Part shown: piece by piece, positions 1 through 9,666 of the stretch
Numbering within the stretch: the stretch's first letter is position 1
Layout: the number at the start of each line of letters is the position of its first letter
NCBI GenBank assembly: GCA_050250855.1
Contig: JBFWNW010000004.1
Span: 32,001-96,000, forward strand
DNA: 64,000 nt
Direction of reading: 5' to 3'
Source of the DNA: Candidatus Babeliales bacterium
Lineage (GTDB): Bacteria; Babelota; Babeliae; Babelales; JACPOV01
The notes under the pieces: generated by a model
What the model was told of the DNA's origin: nothing
What the model saw: the letters and a program-made list of their open reading frames with translations, nothing else
The model's database searches: none
Translations under genes and position numbers: made by a program

Positions 1-185
1 TCATGGTACGGTTCCATTACTTGATACCAAGCAGTAAGGTCAGCCTGATTGCTTTTTTCTGCTACAAATATTTGGGTTGCAATAGCATCAATAACTTTAT
101 TGAATTCATCATCCTCTTGTGCTTTAGTGAACCCTGAAAAGGCAAAAAAAGAGAGGAGTGCAAGAGACAAAGAGAGTGATTTCAT
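1..185 (-). CDS. Partial secreted hypothetical protein (runs off window start)
   Basis: Manual translation from ATG at 185: MKSLSLSLALLSFFAFSGFTKAQEDDEF..., open to position 1; signal-peptide-like N-terminus. Confidence 0.7.
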   Translation of the reverse strand, partial: MKSLSLSLALLSFFAFSGFTKAQEDDEFNKVIDAIATQIFVAEKSNQADLTAWYQVMEPYH

Positions 186-272
186 AAAAAACCCTTGTTG
201 TTTAAGATGGTTTACTTATAAGTAGTATAGGTTTTTTTTATAGTTTTGCAATCAAAGGGGGCTCTAATAGGC

Positions 273-971
273 TTATTTCCTTCTATTAAGAAGCAAGATC
301 ATGACAATAAGCAAAATAATATAAATATAGTGAATAAAAGGGTAGTTAATTGAGCCAAAAAGAGCAGAGCTAGCTGCCTCAAGCGTGTATTCCATAGCCT
401 GCCCCCCATCAAGCAGAGGTATTGGCAATACATTAAAAGCTCCAAGCTCAATACTTATAGTAGCAATAAAAAATAAGAAAAAGCTGAACCCTTGGAGATC
501 ATGGTGAAATATACTAAAGGCAGAAAGTTGTCCTTGAGAAGCGCTTTTCTTGCCAAGAAGGCCAAAAATAGTGGCAAAGCTTTTTCTTATAAGCTCCATA
601 ACTGTTTTGGTTCCTTGCGCTAATGCAGGGAATAATCTTCTGTAGTCCAATAAAAAAAGCATACAAAGCAAAAACCAGCTGAGTAAAAAATTATTAAAAA
701 TGCCGGCCAGTGTAATAATCATTTTTTGTGTATAAGAAGCTTTTTGTAAATCAGCACTATTAATGCTCACGTAACCACCTAGAGGAAGAAGGCTTATTTG
801 AAATGTTGTTTGGCCTATTTGTTTTTTTATCAATGCCGGACCAAAACCCAAGGAAAATACTGGCGTTCGAATATTAAAAAATTTGCAGGATGCAAAGTGT
901 CCTAGCTCATGAAAAAAAATAACAAATCCGAGCGCAAAAATGAGATACATAATACGGAGTAGTTTTGGCAT
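273..971 (-). CDS. M50 site-2 metalloprotease, RseP-like, lacking PDZ domain
   Basis: HELGH zinc motif, FSLGFGP, LPLGGYV and NVLPIPLLDGG motifs; 232 aa. Confidence 0.85.
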   Translation of the reverse strand: MPKLLRIMYLIFALGFVIFFHELGHFASCKFFNIRTPVFSLGFGPALIKKQIGQTTFQISLLPLGGYVSINSADLQKASYTQKMIITLAGIFNNFLLSWFLLCMLFLLDYRRLFPALAQGTKTVMELIRKSFATIFGLLGKKSASQGQLSAFSIFHHDLQGFSFFLFFIATISIELGAFNVLPIPLLDGGQAMEYTLEAASSALFGSINYPFIHYIYIILLIVMILLLNRRK

Positions 972-1135
972 GATTTTCCTTAAAAGTAATTGTTCGTATG
1001 CTTTATCTTATAAACATAACGTACGAAAGAGCAATTATATAGCGTTAAATTTTTAATGCCCTTACCCTTTGTATTTTTTTTTAATAATTTATTATTATAA
1101 AATGCTATAAAAAAATTGTTATAAAAAAGGATTGT

Positions 1136-2449
1136 ATGAAGCGTCTTCTTTTTTCTTATAAAGATTCTGCTTTAATAAAGCAAGAAAAACTTGCTGCATT
1201 AGCAAAAGATTTAACGCCAGAAATTGAACACATACAAGATCAGCTGTTTTTGGGATATGCAACTGATTATGCATCATTAAATCTTCCAGCAGATAAAGCA
1301 TTGTATCAAGAAGTTGCCGCCATTGCTGCTGAAAAAAAAGCATGTGATCCTGAGCTTGTTATAGTATGCGGTATTGGCGGGTCTCAGCTTGGTACACAAG
1401 CAGTTGTTGAAGCATTAAGTGGTGTTCTTTATCATCAAAGAACTAAGCCTAAAATTTATTTTGCCGATACGGTTGATACTGCAGCAATACAACTACTTTA
1501 TGATAAAGCAGAGGAGTATTTAAAGCTTGGTAAAAATATCATTCTTAATGTAGTTACTAAATCAGGAACAACGACGGAAACTATAGCAAATTTTGAAATT
1601 TTTTTAGCATTGTTAAAAAAATATAAGCCAGATGCTTTTCATAAATTTGTTGTGGTAACAACAGATTATAATTCTCCTTTGCAGGCCTTGGCGCGAGATT
1701 ATAAATTTTCTATTCTTTCAATCCCTGAAAAAGTTGGTGGCAGGTATTCAGTTTTTTCTGCGGTTGGCCAATTTATTTTTATGCTTCTTGGTTTTGACAC
1801 GCAGGAGCTTTTGCAAGGAGCGCAAGATGCCTTGCAATGGTGCACTAATACTGACTATCAAGAAAATCCTGCAGCATTAAGTGCCATGATAAAATATGAA
1901 CAGTATACGCACAACAAAGTAATTATTAATGATTTTTTTGCCTTTTCATTACAGCTGGAATCTGTTGGCAAATGGTACCGCCAATTAGTAGGGGAAAGTT
2001 TAGGAAAAGAGTTTGACCGTGAAGGGAAAAAAGTTAACAGGGGTATAACACCAACAGTTTCGTTAGGCAGTAATGATTTACACTCGGTTGGGCAGCTTTA
2101 TTTAGGCGGCCCATTCGATAAATTCATTACATTCGTGAGCGTGCAAGAGTATAAAAGTCCTTTAGAAGTGCCACATTTTCCTGAATTTAATAATTTGGTT
2201 GCGAACATACAACAAAAAACGTTACCTTCTATAATGAATGCCATTGTGCTGGGGGTAAAAAATGCGTATAAAAATCAACAAAGACCTTTTTGTTCACTTG
2301 TATTACCTAAAATTTCGCCGTATTATATTGGGCAGTTGTTACAACTGTACATGATTGAAGTTATGTATTTAGGATACTTGCTAAAGGTAAATTGTTTCGA
2401 TCAACCGAATGTAGAATTGTATAAAATTGAAACAAGAAAGATCTTATGA
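1136..2449 (+). CDS. pgi: Glucose-6-phosphate isomerase
   Basis: GIGGS, TKSGTTTET, VGGRYSVFS, QLVGESLGK, FDQPNVELYK motifs. Confidence 0.95.
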   Translation: MKRLLFSYKDSALIKQEKLAALAKDLTPEIEHIQDQLFLGYATDYASLNLPADKALYQEVAAIAAEKKACDPELVIVCGIGGSQLGTQAVVEALSGVLYHQRTKPKIYFADTVDTAAIQLLYDKAEEYLKLGKNIILNVVTKSGTTTETIANFEIFLALLKKYKPDAFHKFVVVTTDYNSPLQALARDYKFSILSIPEKVGGRYSVFSAVGQFIFMLLGFDTQELLQGAQDALQWCTNTDYQENPAALSAMIKYEQYTHNKVIINDFFAFSLQLESVGKWYRQLVGESLGKEFDREGKKVNRGITPTVSLGSNDLHSVGQLYLGGPFDKFITFVSVQEYKSPLEVPHFPEFNNLVANIQQKTLPSIMNAIVLGVKNAYKNQQRPFCSLVLPKISPYYIGQLLQLYMIEVMYLGYLLKVNCFDQPNVELYKIETRKIL

Positions 2450-3849
2450 TTGATTGTACCTTTATTATTCTTGGTGCAACGGGTGATTTGGCAAAGCGTA
2501 AACTTATTCCCGCTTTATATAAACTTGTGCAAGACAAAAAAATTCGCAATTTTTTAATTGTTGGCGCAGCGCTCGAGCAGGTAACTGCTGATGAATGTAT
2601 TGACCGTGGGCGCATCTTTATTCCCAATGTAGATGAAGAAATCTGGCGTCGTTTAAAAAAATCTTTTTATTATCAGCAGCTTGATTTTAATGACCATAAA
2701 GGGTTTAAGCATTTAAACCAATTTATTGATTCATTAGAAAAAGAGCACTCTTTTGCAGGCAATCGTTTAGTATATATGGCAGTTCCATCACTTTTTTTCT
2801 GTACTATAACTAAACATCTTGGTGCTTCTGGTATTGTTAAAAAATCTGACAGTAAAGGATTAGTAGGTGGCCATTGGCAGCGCATTATCTACGAAAAACC
2901 ATTCGGTACCAGTTTAGAATCTGCTCGTGATATTAATGCTTGCATACATGAATATTTTAATGAAAATCAAATTTATCGTATTGATCATTATTTAACAAAA
3001 GAGTTAGTAGGCAGTATTTTATTAGCGCGCTTTACGAATATGATTTTTGAACCACTATGGAATAGTAATTATATAGAAGAAGTGCAGATCATTTTAAGTG
3101 AAACACTCGGGGTAGAAGGAAGAGGAATTTATTATGATCAGTATGGTGTGTTAAAAGATATGGTACAAAATCATATGCTGCAACTGATGGCTCTTGTTGC
3201 CATGGAGCTTCCAGAGCAGCTTGATGCACATTATATTCGCGATCAAAAAGCAGCAGTACTCAAAAAAATAAAATGTGTAGGTGGCGTATTAGGGCAATAT
3301 GACGGGTACCTTCAAGAAAAAAATGTTGCTTCAAATTCGCAAACGCCAACCTTTGCCTTACTTGCTATGCATGTTGATACGCCTCGTTGGAAAGGTGTTC
3401 CTTTTTATATAAAAACAGGAAAAACATTATTTCACAAAAATAGTTCTATTCATATTAAGTTTAAAGAAGTTTCGTGTAAGTTGCGTGATCGTTGTATGTA
3501 TACTTCAGATTATTTGAGTATACAAATAGATCCTGATTCAAGTTTTTCTTTGCAATTGAATATTAAAAAACCTGGCCAAACCTATGAAGTAACGCCGGTT
3601 AATTTACATTTTAGTCATAATTATGTTTTTGGTACCACAACGCCAGAAGCATATGAAGTTCTTTTAGAACAAATTATGATGGGAGAACAATCGGTCTCAG
3701 TGCGTTTTGATGAAATAGAATCTTCTTGGCATATCATTGAGCAAATTGAGCAGCTTAAATTGCCAGTGCTCCCTTATAAGCAAAGTTCTCAAGGACCACA
3801 TGAAGCAGAACTTTTTGCAGAAAAACATAAATTATGGTGGCGAGCATGA
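2446..3849 (+). CDS. zwf: Glucose-6-phosphate 1-dehydrogenase
   Basis: GATGDLAKRKLIPAL, EKPFG, RIDHYL, DMVQNH motifs; ATGA overlap with pgi. Confidence 0.97.
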   Translation: MIDCTFIILGATGDLAKRKLIPALYKLVQDKKIRNFLIVGAALEQVTADECIDRGRIFIPNVDEEIWRRLKKSFYYQQLDFNDHKGFKHLNQFIDSLEKEHSFAGNRLVYMAVPSLFFCTITKHLGASGIVKKSDSKGLVGGHWQRIIYEKPFGTSLESARDINACIHEYFNENQIYRIDHYLTKELVGSILLARFTNMIFEPLWNSNYIEEVQIILSETLGVEGRGIYYDQYGVLKDMVQNHMLQLMALVAMELPEQLDAHYIRDQKAAVLKKIKCVGGVLGQYDGYLQEKNVASNSQTPTFALLAMHVDTPRWKGVPFYIKTGKTLFHKNSSIHIKFKEVSCKLRDRCMYTSDYLSIQIDPDSSFSLQLNIKKPGQTYEVTPVNLHFSHNYVFGTTTPEAYEVLLEQIMMGEQSVSVRFDEIESSWHIIEQIEQLKLPVLPYKQSSQGPHEAELFAEKHKLWWRA

Positions 3850-4742
3850 AAGTAGGATTTATAGGTTTAGGAAAAATGGGTTCTGCACTTGTAACGCGTG
3901 CATTGCAAGATGGTCACGAGGTTGTTGGCTTTGATACTCATAAAGAGAATTCACAAGATTTAAAGCAACATAAAAATTTTACGTTTGCACACGATTTAAA
4001 AAGTTTAGTAGATGACACACGGATACTCTGGCTCATGGTCCCGGCTGGCAAGATAGTGGATAACGTTCTTGATGAACTTAAGCCACATCTTGCTGGTCGC
4101 CCTATTATTGTAGATGGAGGCAATAGTAAATTTACTGACTCAATACGTCGCGCCAAAGAATTAGAAACGTGCGGCGTGCATTTTTTAGATTGCGGCACAT
4201 CGGGCGGTATACGTGGTAAAGAAATTGGTTTTTCATTAATGGTTGGTGGCAATCAAGATGCGTACGATGAAATAAAACCATTATTGCAATCATTAGCAGC
4301 ACCCAATGGTTTTGGGTACATGGGCCCTTCGGGTGCAGGGCATTATGTAAAAATGGTGCATAATGGCATTGAATATGCATTAATGCAAAGTTACGCAGAA
4401 GGATTTCATCTTTTAAAGGATGGACATTTTAAAGAATTAGACTTGGCAAAAATTTCTTCAGTTTGGTATAATGGCTCCGTCATTCGCTCATGGCTTTTAG
4501 AATTATGCCATGAAATTTTTCTGCACCCTGAAACATTACAAAAAATTTCAGGAAGCGTTGCAGAAAGCGGGATGGCTCAATGGACTATTGAAGATGCACA
4601 TAAGCATGACATTCCCGTTCAGCTCATTGAAGATGCGTTAGAGATTCGTTTTTGGTCACAGGAGACAGGAGGCAATTATGCTACAAAAGTTGTTGCAATG
4701 CTGCGCAATAAATTCGGCGGCCATGAAGTTCAAAAAAAATAG
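3846..4742 (+). CDS. gnd: 6-phosphogluconate dehydrogenase (short, YqeC-type)
   Basis: GLGKMG, DGGNS, GAGHYVKMVHNGIEY, LRNKFGGH; ATG 3846 overlaps zwf stop. Confidence 0.95.
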   Translation: MKVGFIGLGKMGSALVTRALQDGHEVVGFDTHKENSQDLKQHKNFTFAHDLKSLVDDTRILWLMVPAGKIVDNVLDELKPHLAGRPIIVDGGNSKFTDSIRRAKELETCGVHFLDCGTSGGIRGKEIGFSLMVGGNQDAYDEIKPLLQSLAAPNGFGYMGPSGAGHYVKMVHNGIEYALMQSYAEGFHLLKDGHFKELDLAKISSVWYNGSVIRSWLLELCHEIFLHPETLQKISGSVAESGMAQWTIEDAHKHDIPVQLIEDALEIRFWSQETGGNYATKVVAMLRNKFGGHEVQKK

Positions 4743-5031
4743 TTTACTGTTTATAGTTTTATGCAGTAGCCAGTTGGCATTAAGTTATCCACCACCATTT
4801 GAGTTGAGCAATAGAAAACCTCAACAACAAGAGATGTCAGAAAATGCTAGCACGAATCAGTTGCATAAGAAAAAAAATTTTGATTGTAATGATTGTTTAT
4901 CATGCAAGAAAAAAATGTGTGAGCGATTCTGGAAGCTAGACGAGGTAGTGTTTGCTGGACTCGCAATGGTTTTTCTAGGTGGTTGTAACTATTTATATGA
5001 ATCATGCAATGATAATACTCATTTAGAATAA
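4678..5031 (+). CDS. Signal-peptide membrane protein, array copy 1; 5' end overlaps gnd
   Basis: AGGAGG at 4667-4672 before ATG; hydrophobic leader ending QLALS; C-terminal TM segment with Cys; alternative start at 4723. Confidence 0.7.
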   Translation: MLQKLLQCCAINSAAMKFKKNSLLFIVLCSSQLALSYPPPFELSNRKPQQQEMSENASTNQLHKKKNFDCNDCLSCKKKMCERFWKLDEVVFAGLAMVFLGGCNYLYESCNDNTHLE

Positions 5032-5039
5032 GGTAAGTC

Positions 5040-5552
5040 ATGCTACAAAAATTGTTGCAATGCTGCGCAATAAATTCGGCGGCCATGAAGTTCAAAAAAA
5101 GTAGTTTACTGCTTATAGTTTTATGCAGTAGCCAGTTGGCAGTAAGTATGGATAAGCGCCAGCTAAAGCAGGGCCCAAAGGGTAATACTTTGAGTTCTTG
5201 CAAAGTTCTTGCAAAAAATGCAAAGAAAAATAAAAAACTTCAAGATTCAAAGAATTCTAAGATACAAAGAAATCGCCAGATGCCACAAGGAAACCGTCAG
5301 ATTTTGCCAAGAAACCTAGAACAAGGGGTTGAAGTTGTAGGAGAAATGGCGTTAATGCGAGATAATAATCATAATTATGCGCAATTTTTTAGATTTCCTG
5401 TGCTTTTTTCATTGATTATTTTTGTCATTTTCATGAATTTTAATAATGACACTAATAATACAAGACAAGAAATCCAGACTACAAAAGATTTCACTGGTCA
5501 TCATTTAGGATCACTTAAATCTACTTTTATGAATAATGAACCTAATCAATAA
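5040..5552 (+). CDS. Signal-peptide membrane protein, array copy 2
   Basis: Same 36-aa leader; basic N-region; hydrophobic FPVLFSLIIFVIF segment. Confidence 0.7.
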   Translation: MLQKLLQCCAINSAAMKFKKSSLLLIVLCSSQLAVSMDKRQLKQGPKGNTLSSCKVLAKNAKKNKKLQDSKNSKIQRNRQMPQGNRQILPRNLEQGVEVVGEMALMRDNNHNYAQFFRFPVLFSLIIFVIFMNFNNDTNNTRQEIQTTKDFTGHHLGSLKSTFMNNEPNQ

Positions 5553-5567
5553 AAACAGGAGACAATT

Positions 5568-5954
5568 ATGTTGCAAAAATTGTTGCAATGCGACGCAATA
5601 AATTTAGCAGACATGAAGTTCAAAAAAAGCTGCCTATTGCTTATGCTTTTATGCTGCAGCCAGTTGGCATTAAGTATGGAAGAAGGTGGTTTCCGTAAAA
5701 GAAAGCCTCAAGAACAACAGATGACACAGAGCGAAGATTCTGAGTTTCAAAAAGAAGTTGCTCGCCAGCGAGAAATAAACGAAGCAATACAAAAGCGGCA
5801 AGAAGCGGAATTTAGAGCAAGGGATAATGATTGTACTAATGGTTGTTTTTGTTTGATTGCTTTAGGGCTTATCTGTTTTGAGTTTTTGCTGCAACCTCTT
5901 CTTATTGCTTCATACTATAGTGACAGAGGAGATAACTGGCGTCCACCATATTAA
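5568..5954 (+). CDS. Signal-peptide membrane protein, array copy 3
   Basis: Same leader with AGGAG RBS; RKPQ-QQ motif shared with copy 1; Cys-containing TM segment. Confidence 0.72.
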   Translation: MLQKLLQCDAINLADMKFKKSCLLLMLLCCSQLALSMEEGGFRKRKPQEQQMTQSEDSEFQKEVARQREINEAIQKRQEAEFRARDNDCTNGCFCLIALGLICFEFLLQPLLIASYYSDRGDNWRPPY

Positions 5955-5985
5955 TCTTAAGATCTGAACCTTAAAATTAAATTTT

Positions 5986-6023
5986 AAAAAGGCTCAATGA
6001 TCAATGGTCATTGGGCCTTTTTT
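5986..6023 (+). terminator. Intrinsic terminator (probably bidirectional)
   Basis: aaaaaggctcaatga/tcattgggccttttt stem followed by T-run. Confidence 0.8.
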
Positions 6024-6070
6024 GCGTTATACTGCTAGGAAATTATTAACAAAAAACTTTAGTTATTTAT

Positions 6071-6796
6071 ATGGTATATTTTTTTCTTTTATTTTTTTTA
6101 TTGCATACGAGCACTGATCTATGCCAAGAGTATGAAACTTATTTTCAAGAATTTCCTCAAGCAATAAATTTTCACATTCTTAATTATGTGATATCAAATA
6201 CAACAAAAGCCAAGCATAAAATTGCAAAAATAAGCAACGTTAAGCCATTTGATGAACTCTGTGCATGGGAGTGGTCTGATACAGAGCATCCACGGCCTTT
6301 GCGTATAGAAAGTGCAATTCTTGCTAGTACAGAAATTAATACTAAAAATATTGCAGGAATATTGAAGCGTGCTGATCAATTGAAAGATGAAAAGAAAAAG
6401 CAAGAATGCTATAACGCCTTGAACGTTGCAGATCCTTGGTATATGCACTTCTATAATGCTCTTACGTGTGGCAGCTGTACTCTTTGCAGCTGTAAAACAG
6501 CTGACAAGCTTCATGCTGAACATGTTAAAAGTTATGAAAATTTAGTAAGGAAAAAATATGGTATTGAAGCGCTTGATGAAGAAAAAATTAAAACTATGTA
6601 TAATTTTAATAGTTATGTAGAGAAAAAAAAGAATGCTCAGTGCTTTGTACCACTATGTTTAGGAGGGACTTTTTTGAGTTTTGTTTGTTTTCCTTGCTTA
6701 ATAGTTTCACTCAGTGCTCAACTCTATGAAAACTATTGTTGTAGTTGTTGTGTGCGCTGCTGTCGTGAGTGTGATGAGGTTTCTTTTGCACACTGA
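6071..6796 (+). CDS. Secreted F-box-like, KYG-motif, Cys-rich protein
   Basis: Signal peptide; FQEFPQAINFHILNYV; YENLVRKKYGI; Cys-rich tail. Confidence 0.7.
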   Translation: MVYFFLLFFLLHTSTDLCQEYETYFQEFPQAINFHILNYVISNTTKAKHKIAKISNVKPFDELCAWEWSDTEHPRPLRIESAILASTEINTKNIAGILKRADQLKDEKKKQECYNALNVADPWYMHFYNALTCGSCTLCSCKTADKLHAEHVKSYENLVRKKYGIEALDEEKIKTMYNFNSYVEKKKNAQCFVPLCLGGTFLSFVCFPCLIVSLSAQLYENYCCSCCVRCCRECDEVSFAH

Positions 6797-6831
6797 ATTG
6801 CTAGAAAATTATTAATAAATCCAGGTTTTAC

Positions 6832-7488
6832 ATGAGAAGATTTTTTTTTCTAGTTGGTTTGTATAGTTCTTATTTTTTTTGCCAAGAAAAAGATCTCCAT
6901 AATCTTGCAGTCCAACCTTATGATATAAAAAATACTGTTATCGATTTTGTTATGCAGCTGCCACCCAATAGTTCATGGCAAGAAAAAAAAGCAGTGCTCA
7001 AAGATACGCTCAGTTTAATGCAGGTCAATAAAGAATTTAAGCAGTTAATAAATACTAAAAAAGAAAAGCTAGAGCTTCTTAAAAAAGTTGTACTATTATT
7101 ATCCCCTGATGCAAGACCGACTCCTAAAGATATAAAATTTTGCATGGATTATGCTGTACAACAGAATGATAAAATAGCTCTCGATCGTGCGTATCAAGCA
7201 ATTTCAATAGGCCAAAAAGATGCTTTTGATAGTGGCTCTTTGTTTGAATTATGCTGCTATTTTCCATCGACACAAGAAAAAAATCTTATCTTTACTAATC
7301 AGTTTAATGATGCAGTACAAAAAAAGTACGGATTACAAAAAATAGACTATGAGCAGTTGCAAAAATATGAAAGCTATGAAACTTTTATATTTTGGAGATG
7401 GATTTTCAATTGTATAGTATGCCCATGCTATGTAGGATGTAAGAATAAGCCTTGGCAAAAGGGCATGAAAGGAGCAAGAATTGAATAA
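6832..7488 (+). CDS. Secreted F-box-like, KYG-motif, Cys-rich protein
   Basis: LAVQPYDIKNTVIDFV...SLMQVNKEFKQL; FNDAVQKKYGL; CIVCPCYVGC. Confidence 0.7.
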   Translation: MRRFFFLVGLYSSYFFCQEKDLHNLAVQPYDIKNTVIDFVMQLPPNSSWQEKKAVLKDTLSLMQVNKEFKQLINTKKEKLELLKKVVLLLSPDARPTPKDIKFCMDYAVQQNDKIALDRAYQAISIGQKDAFDSGSLFELCCYFPSTQEKNLIFTNQFNDAVQKKYGLQKIDYEQLQKYESYETFIFWRWIFNCIVCPCYVGCKNKPWQKGMKGARIE

Positions 7489-8038
7489 GTATACTACGTT
7501 CTGGGGCATATTCTTTTTTTGTACGACCGTTTTCTGTATGGATGATTCTCAGTTTATGTTCCCTATAAATCTTCCCATGTCTGAGCATCAAATAGAACTT
7601 GATCCAACATGCTTTCAAAATATAGGGGATATGTGTACTTGTGTATTACCAGGACCTCATGAGAAAACACCCTTTCGAGCATATTGGGATGAAGAATGTT
7701 ATAAAGGATTTACCCAGCGTGTCCAAGAAAAATATGGCATTGATAAACCTATTCCAGAAAAAAGCTCCCATGATTATTTACACTATCGAGCATCAAGAGA
7801 AGAGTATTTGGGCTGTTGTTTGGCTGGGCTGATAAACTCTTTGAGATGTTGCTGCTGCCCTTGCTTGACAGCATATTCATGCTGCTGTGATGTTTGTCCG
7901 TGTTTAGATGTTTGCCCATGGGAAAGCTATGCATGCGAATGGTTTTTAAAACCTGTATGTTGTGATGAAGATGCGTGTATAGGGTATTCTTGTTCAGCGT
8001 GTTGTTTTTGTTGCTGCACCGTGTGTGATAGTCAATGA
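7481..8038 (+). CDS. Secreted very Cys-rich KYG-motif protein
   Basis: TTG start after AAGGAG; signal peptide; FTQRVQEKYGI; CCCCPC and CCFCCC runs. Confidence 0.7.
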   Translation: MNKYTTFWGIFFFCTTVFCMDDSQFMFPINLPMSEHQIELDPTCFQNIGDMCTCVLPGPHEKTPFRAYWDEECYKGFTQRVQEKYGIDKPIPEKSSHDYLHYRASREEYLGCCLAGLINSLRCCCCPCLTAYSCCCDVCPCLDVCPWESYACEWFLKPVCCDEDACIGYSCSACCFCCCTVCDSQ

Positions 8039-8106
8039 TTTACTAAAATCATACTCTTGAAATAGTTAGTTGAAATTTGATAATTGTATATAAAAAAGGG
8101 AATTAT

Positions 8107-8322
8107 ATGAATTATAAAGTAGTTGTACTGAATATTATTTTTTGTGCGTCCTGCTTATATGCGCAAGAAGATCAATCTATTCCATTACCAAAAAAAACAG
8201 ACGTAAATATTAAAAAAAATGGCTCTAAAGATCTTGAAAAATTGGGTGAGGCAGCAGCTTATGGCCTTCAAGAAGTATTAGCTATAGTTCAAAAGTACTA
8301 CCTTATGCTTACAACAGAATAA
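8107..8322 (+). CDS. Small secreted hypothetical protein
   Basis: ATG 8107 after AAGGG; signal-like ...SCLYA|QED. Confidence 0.55.
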   Translation: MNYKVVVLNIIFCASCLYAQEDQSIPLPKKTDVNIKKNGSKDLEKLGEAAAYGLQEVLAIVQKYYLMLTTE

Positions 8323-8345
8323 AGAATTCATTCCAAGGAGTTTGC

Positions 8346-8981
8346 ATGAAGATAATTGATATCAGTTGGCCTATCTCTGAAGCTATGACTGAATATAAGG
8401 ATGGCAAGTCGGTAAAACTTACGCCAACCAAAACTATGGAGCATAATGGCGTACGGGAATGGCTTTTGCAGATGAATAACCATACAGGAACGCATATAGA
8501 TGGCCCTGCGCATTTTCTTGCAACCGGGCAAACGATTGATAAGTTTGAATTGCAAAGTGTAATTGGTCCATGCCGCGTACTAGATCTAACCTCGGTGACC
8601 GAAAAAATAATGCCAGAAGATTTAGAGCCGTTTGGTATAGAAAAAAATGAAATTATTCTTTTAAAAACAACTAACAGTTTTCGCCAGCCTACCGATAATT
8701 TTACCTATAATTTTGCCTATATAAGTGACGCCGCTGCTCATTATCTTGCGCACGCACGCATAAAAGCGTTAGGCTTTGATTATCTTGGTATTGAGCGTAA
8801 CCAGCCAAACCATGATACGCACAAAGCATTTATGCAGTTTAATATTCCTATAGTGGAAGGATTGCGTTTAGGTGCAGTAAGTGCTGGTTCATATTTTTTT
8901 GTTTGTTTGCCACTGTATGCAGTTGGTCTTGATTCTGCACCGGCCCGTGCAGTGTTGCTTGAAGGGGTGAAAGTAACATGA
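8346..8981 (+). CDS. Cyclase family (kynurenine formamidase-like) metal hydrolase
   Basis: HTGTHIDGPAHF signature, GFDYLGI, IVEGL, DSAPARAV; AAGGAG RBS. Confidence 0.92.
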   Translation: MKIIDISWPISEAMTEYKDGKSVKLTPTKTMEHNGVREWLLQMNNHTGTHIDGPAHFLATGQTIDKFELQSVIGPCRVLDLTSVTEKIMPEDLEPFGIEKNEIILLKTTNSFRQPTDNFTYNFAYISDAAAHYLAHARIKALGFDYLGIERNQPNHDTHKAFMQFNIPIVEGLRLGAVSAGSYFFVCLPLYAVGLDSAPARAVLLEGVKVT

Positions 8982-9646
8982 AGAAGTTATGTATTATTTT
9001 TATGCTAGCAGGAACTTTGGGTGCAATGGAGCCGAAGAAATCTGACAAAGGTAAAAAAGAAACAACGCCATTGCTTAAAAAAGAGTCTAATTCATCTCAA
9101 TCGAGTGACTATCATAATTCAGGATTTGAGGTTTCTTCTTCTAGTGATGCTAGTTTGCTTAAGCCAACAACGCAAATGATGGAAGTTGAAGAGTGTGAAA
9201 AGAAGTATGAGCAAAGAAAAGAAATAATGCAGAAAGCTATAGCTGGCATAAAAGCATGTAGAAATAACATTGACAATGTGAAGCTTACTACTGATTATAG
9301 CTTTATTATTTGGGTTGCAAAAGATAAAGCTGAGGAATTTAAAAAATATTACTATCAGCTTGTTGCGGTGCAAAACTTACAACATAAAGATGAAAAGTGG
9401 GAAACATATCCTGTTTCTGGTAATTGTTGTTATAGCGGCACTCTTATAGAAAGAAAGACAGCTTCTATACGTCCAGTATTAGATGAAAACTGTTTGAGAA
9501 ACGAACTTGGTGATTTAGGTTGTTTACTCTATCGTGTTTTAACGGTATCTGAGTATGATGAATCATTGATGTTTTATTCTGATTTTCCTCGTAACGTTTC
9601 ACGAAATACCTTAACGGAGTATGTTAAAGAATCAAAACGTCATTAA
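8978..9646 (+). CDS. Secreted hypothetical protein
   Basis: MKK + hydrophobic core + LGA|MEP; ETTPLL motif; ATGA overlap. Confidence 0.75.
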   Translation: MKKLCIIFMLAGTLGAMEPKKSDKGKKETTPLLKKESNSSQSSDYHNSGFEVSSSSDASLLKPTTQMMEVEECEKKYEQRKEIMQKAIAGIKACRNNIDNVKLTTDYSFIIWVAKDKAEEFKKYYYQLVAVQNLQHKDEKWETYPVSGNCCYSGTLIERKTASIRPVLDENCLRNELGDLGCLLYRVLTVSEYDESLMFYSDFPRNVSRNTLTEYVKESKRH

Positions 9647-9666
9647 TAAAAAAGAGGGGGACGGGG

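Larger units (their letters stand above)
4678..5675 (+). repeat. Three 108-bp direct repeats (4678-4785, 5040-5147, 5568-5675) = gnd 3' end + signal-peptide leader
   Basis: Copies 1 and 2 differ at 4 of 108 nt; copy 3 more diverged but keeps acagga(g/a)caattATG. Confidence 0.95.

Noticed and set aside
4678..5675. 108-bp repeats as a CRISPR array or integron attC sites
   Set aside because: Repeats are coding, too long, non-palindromic and irregularly spaced; no cas or intI gene and no attC core pairs were seen.
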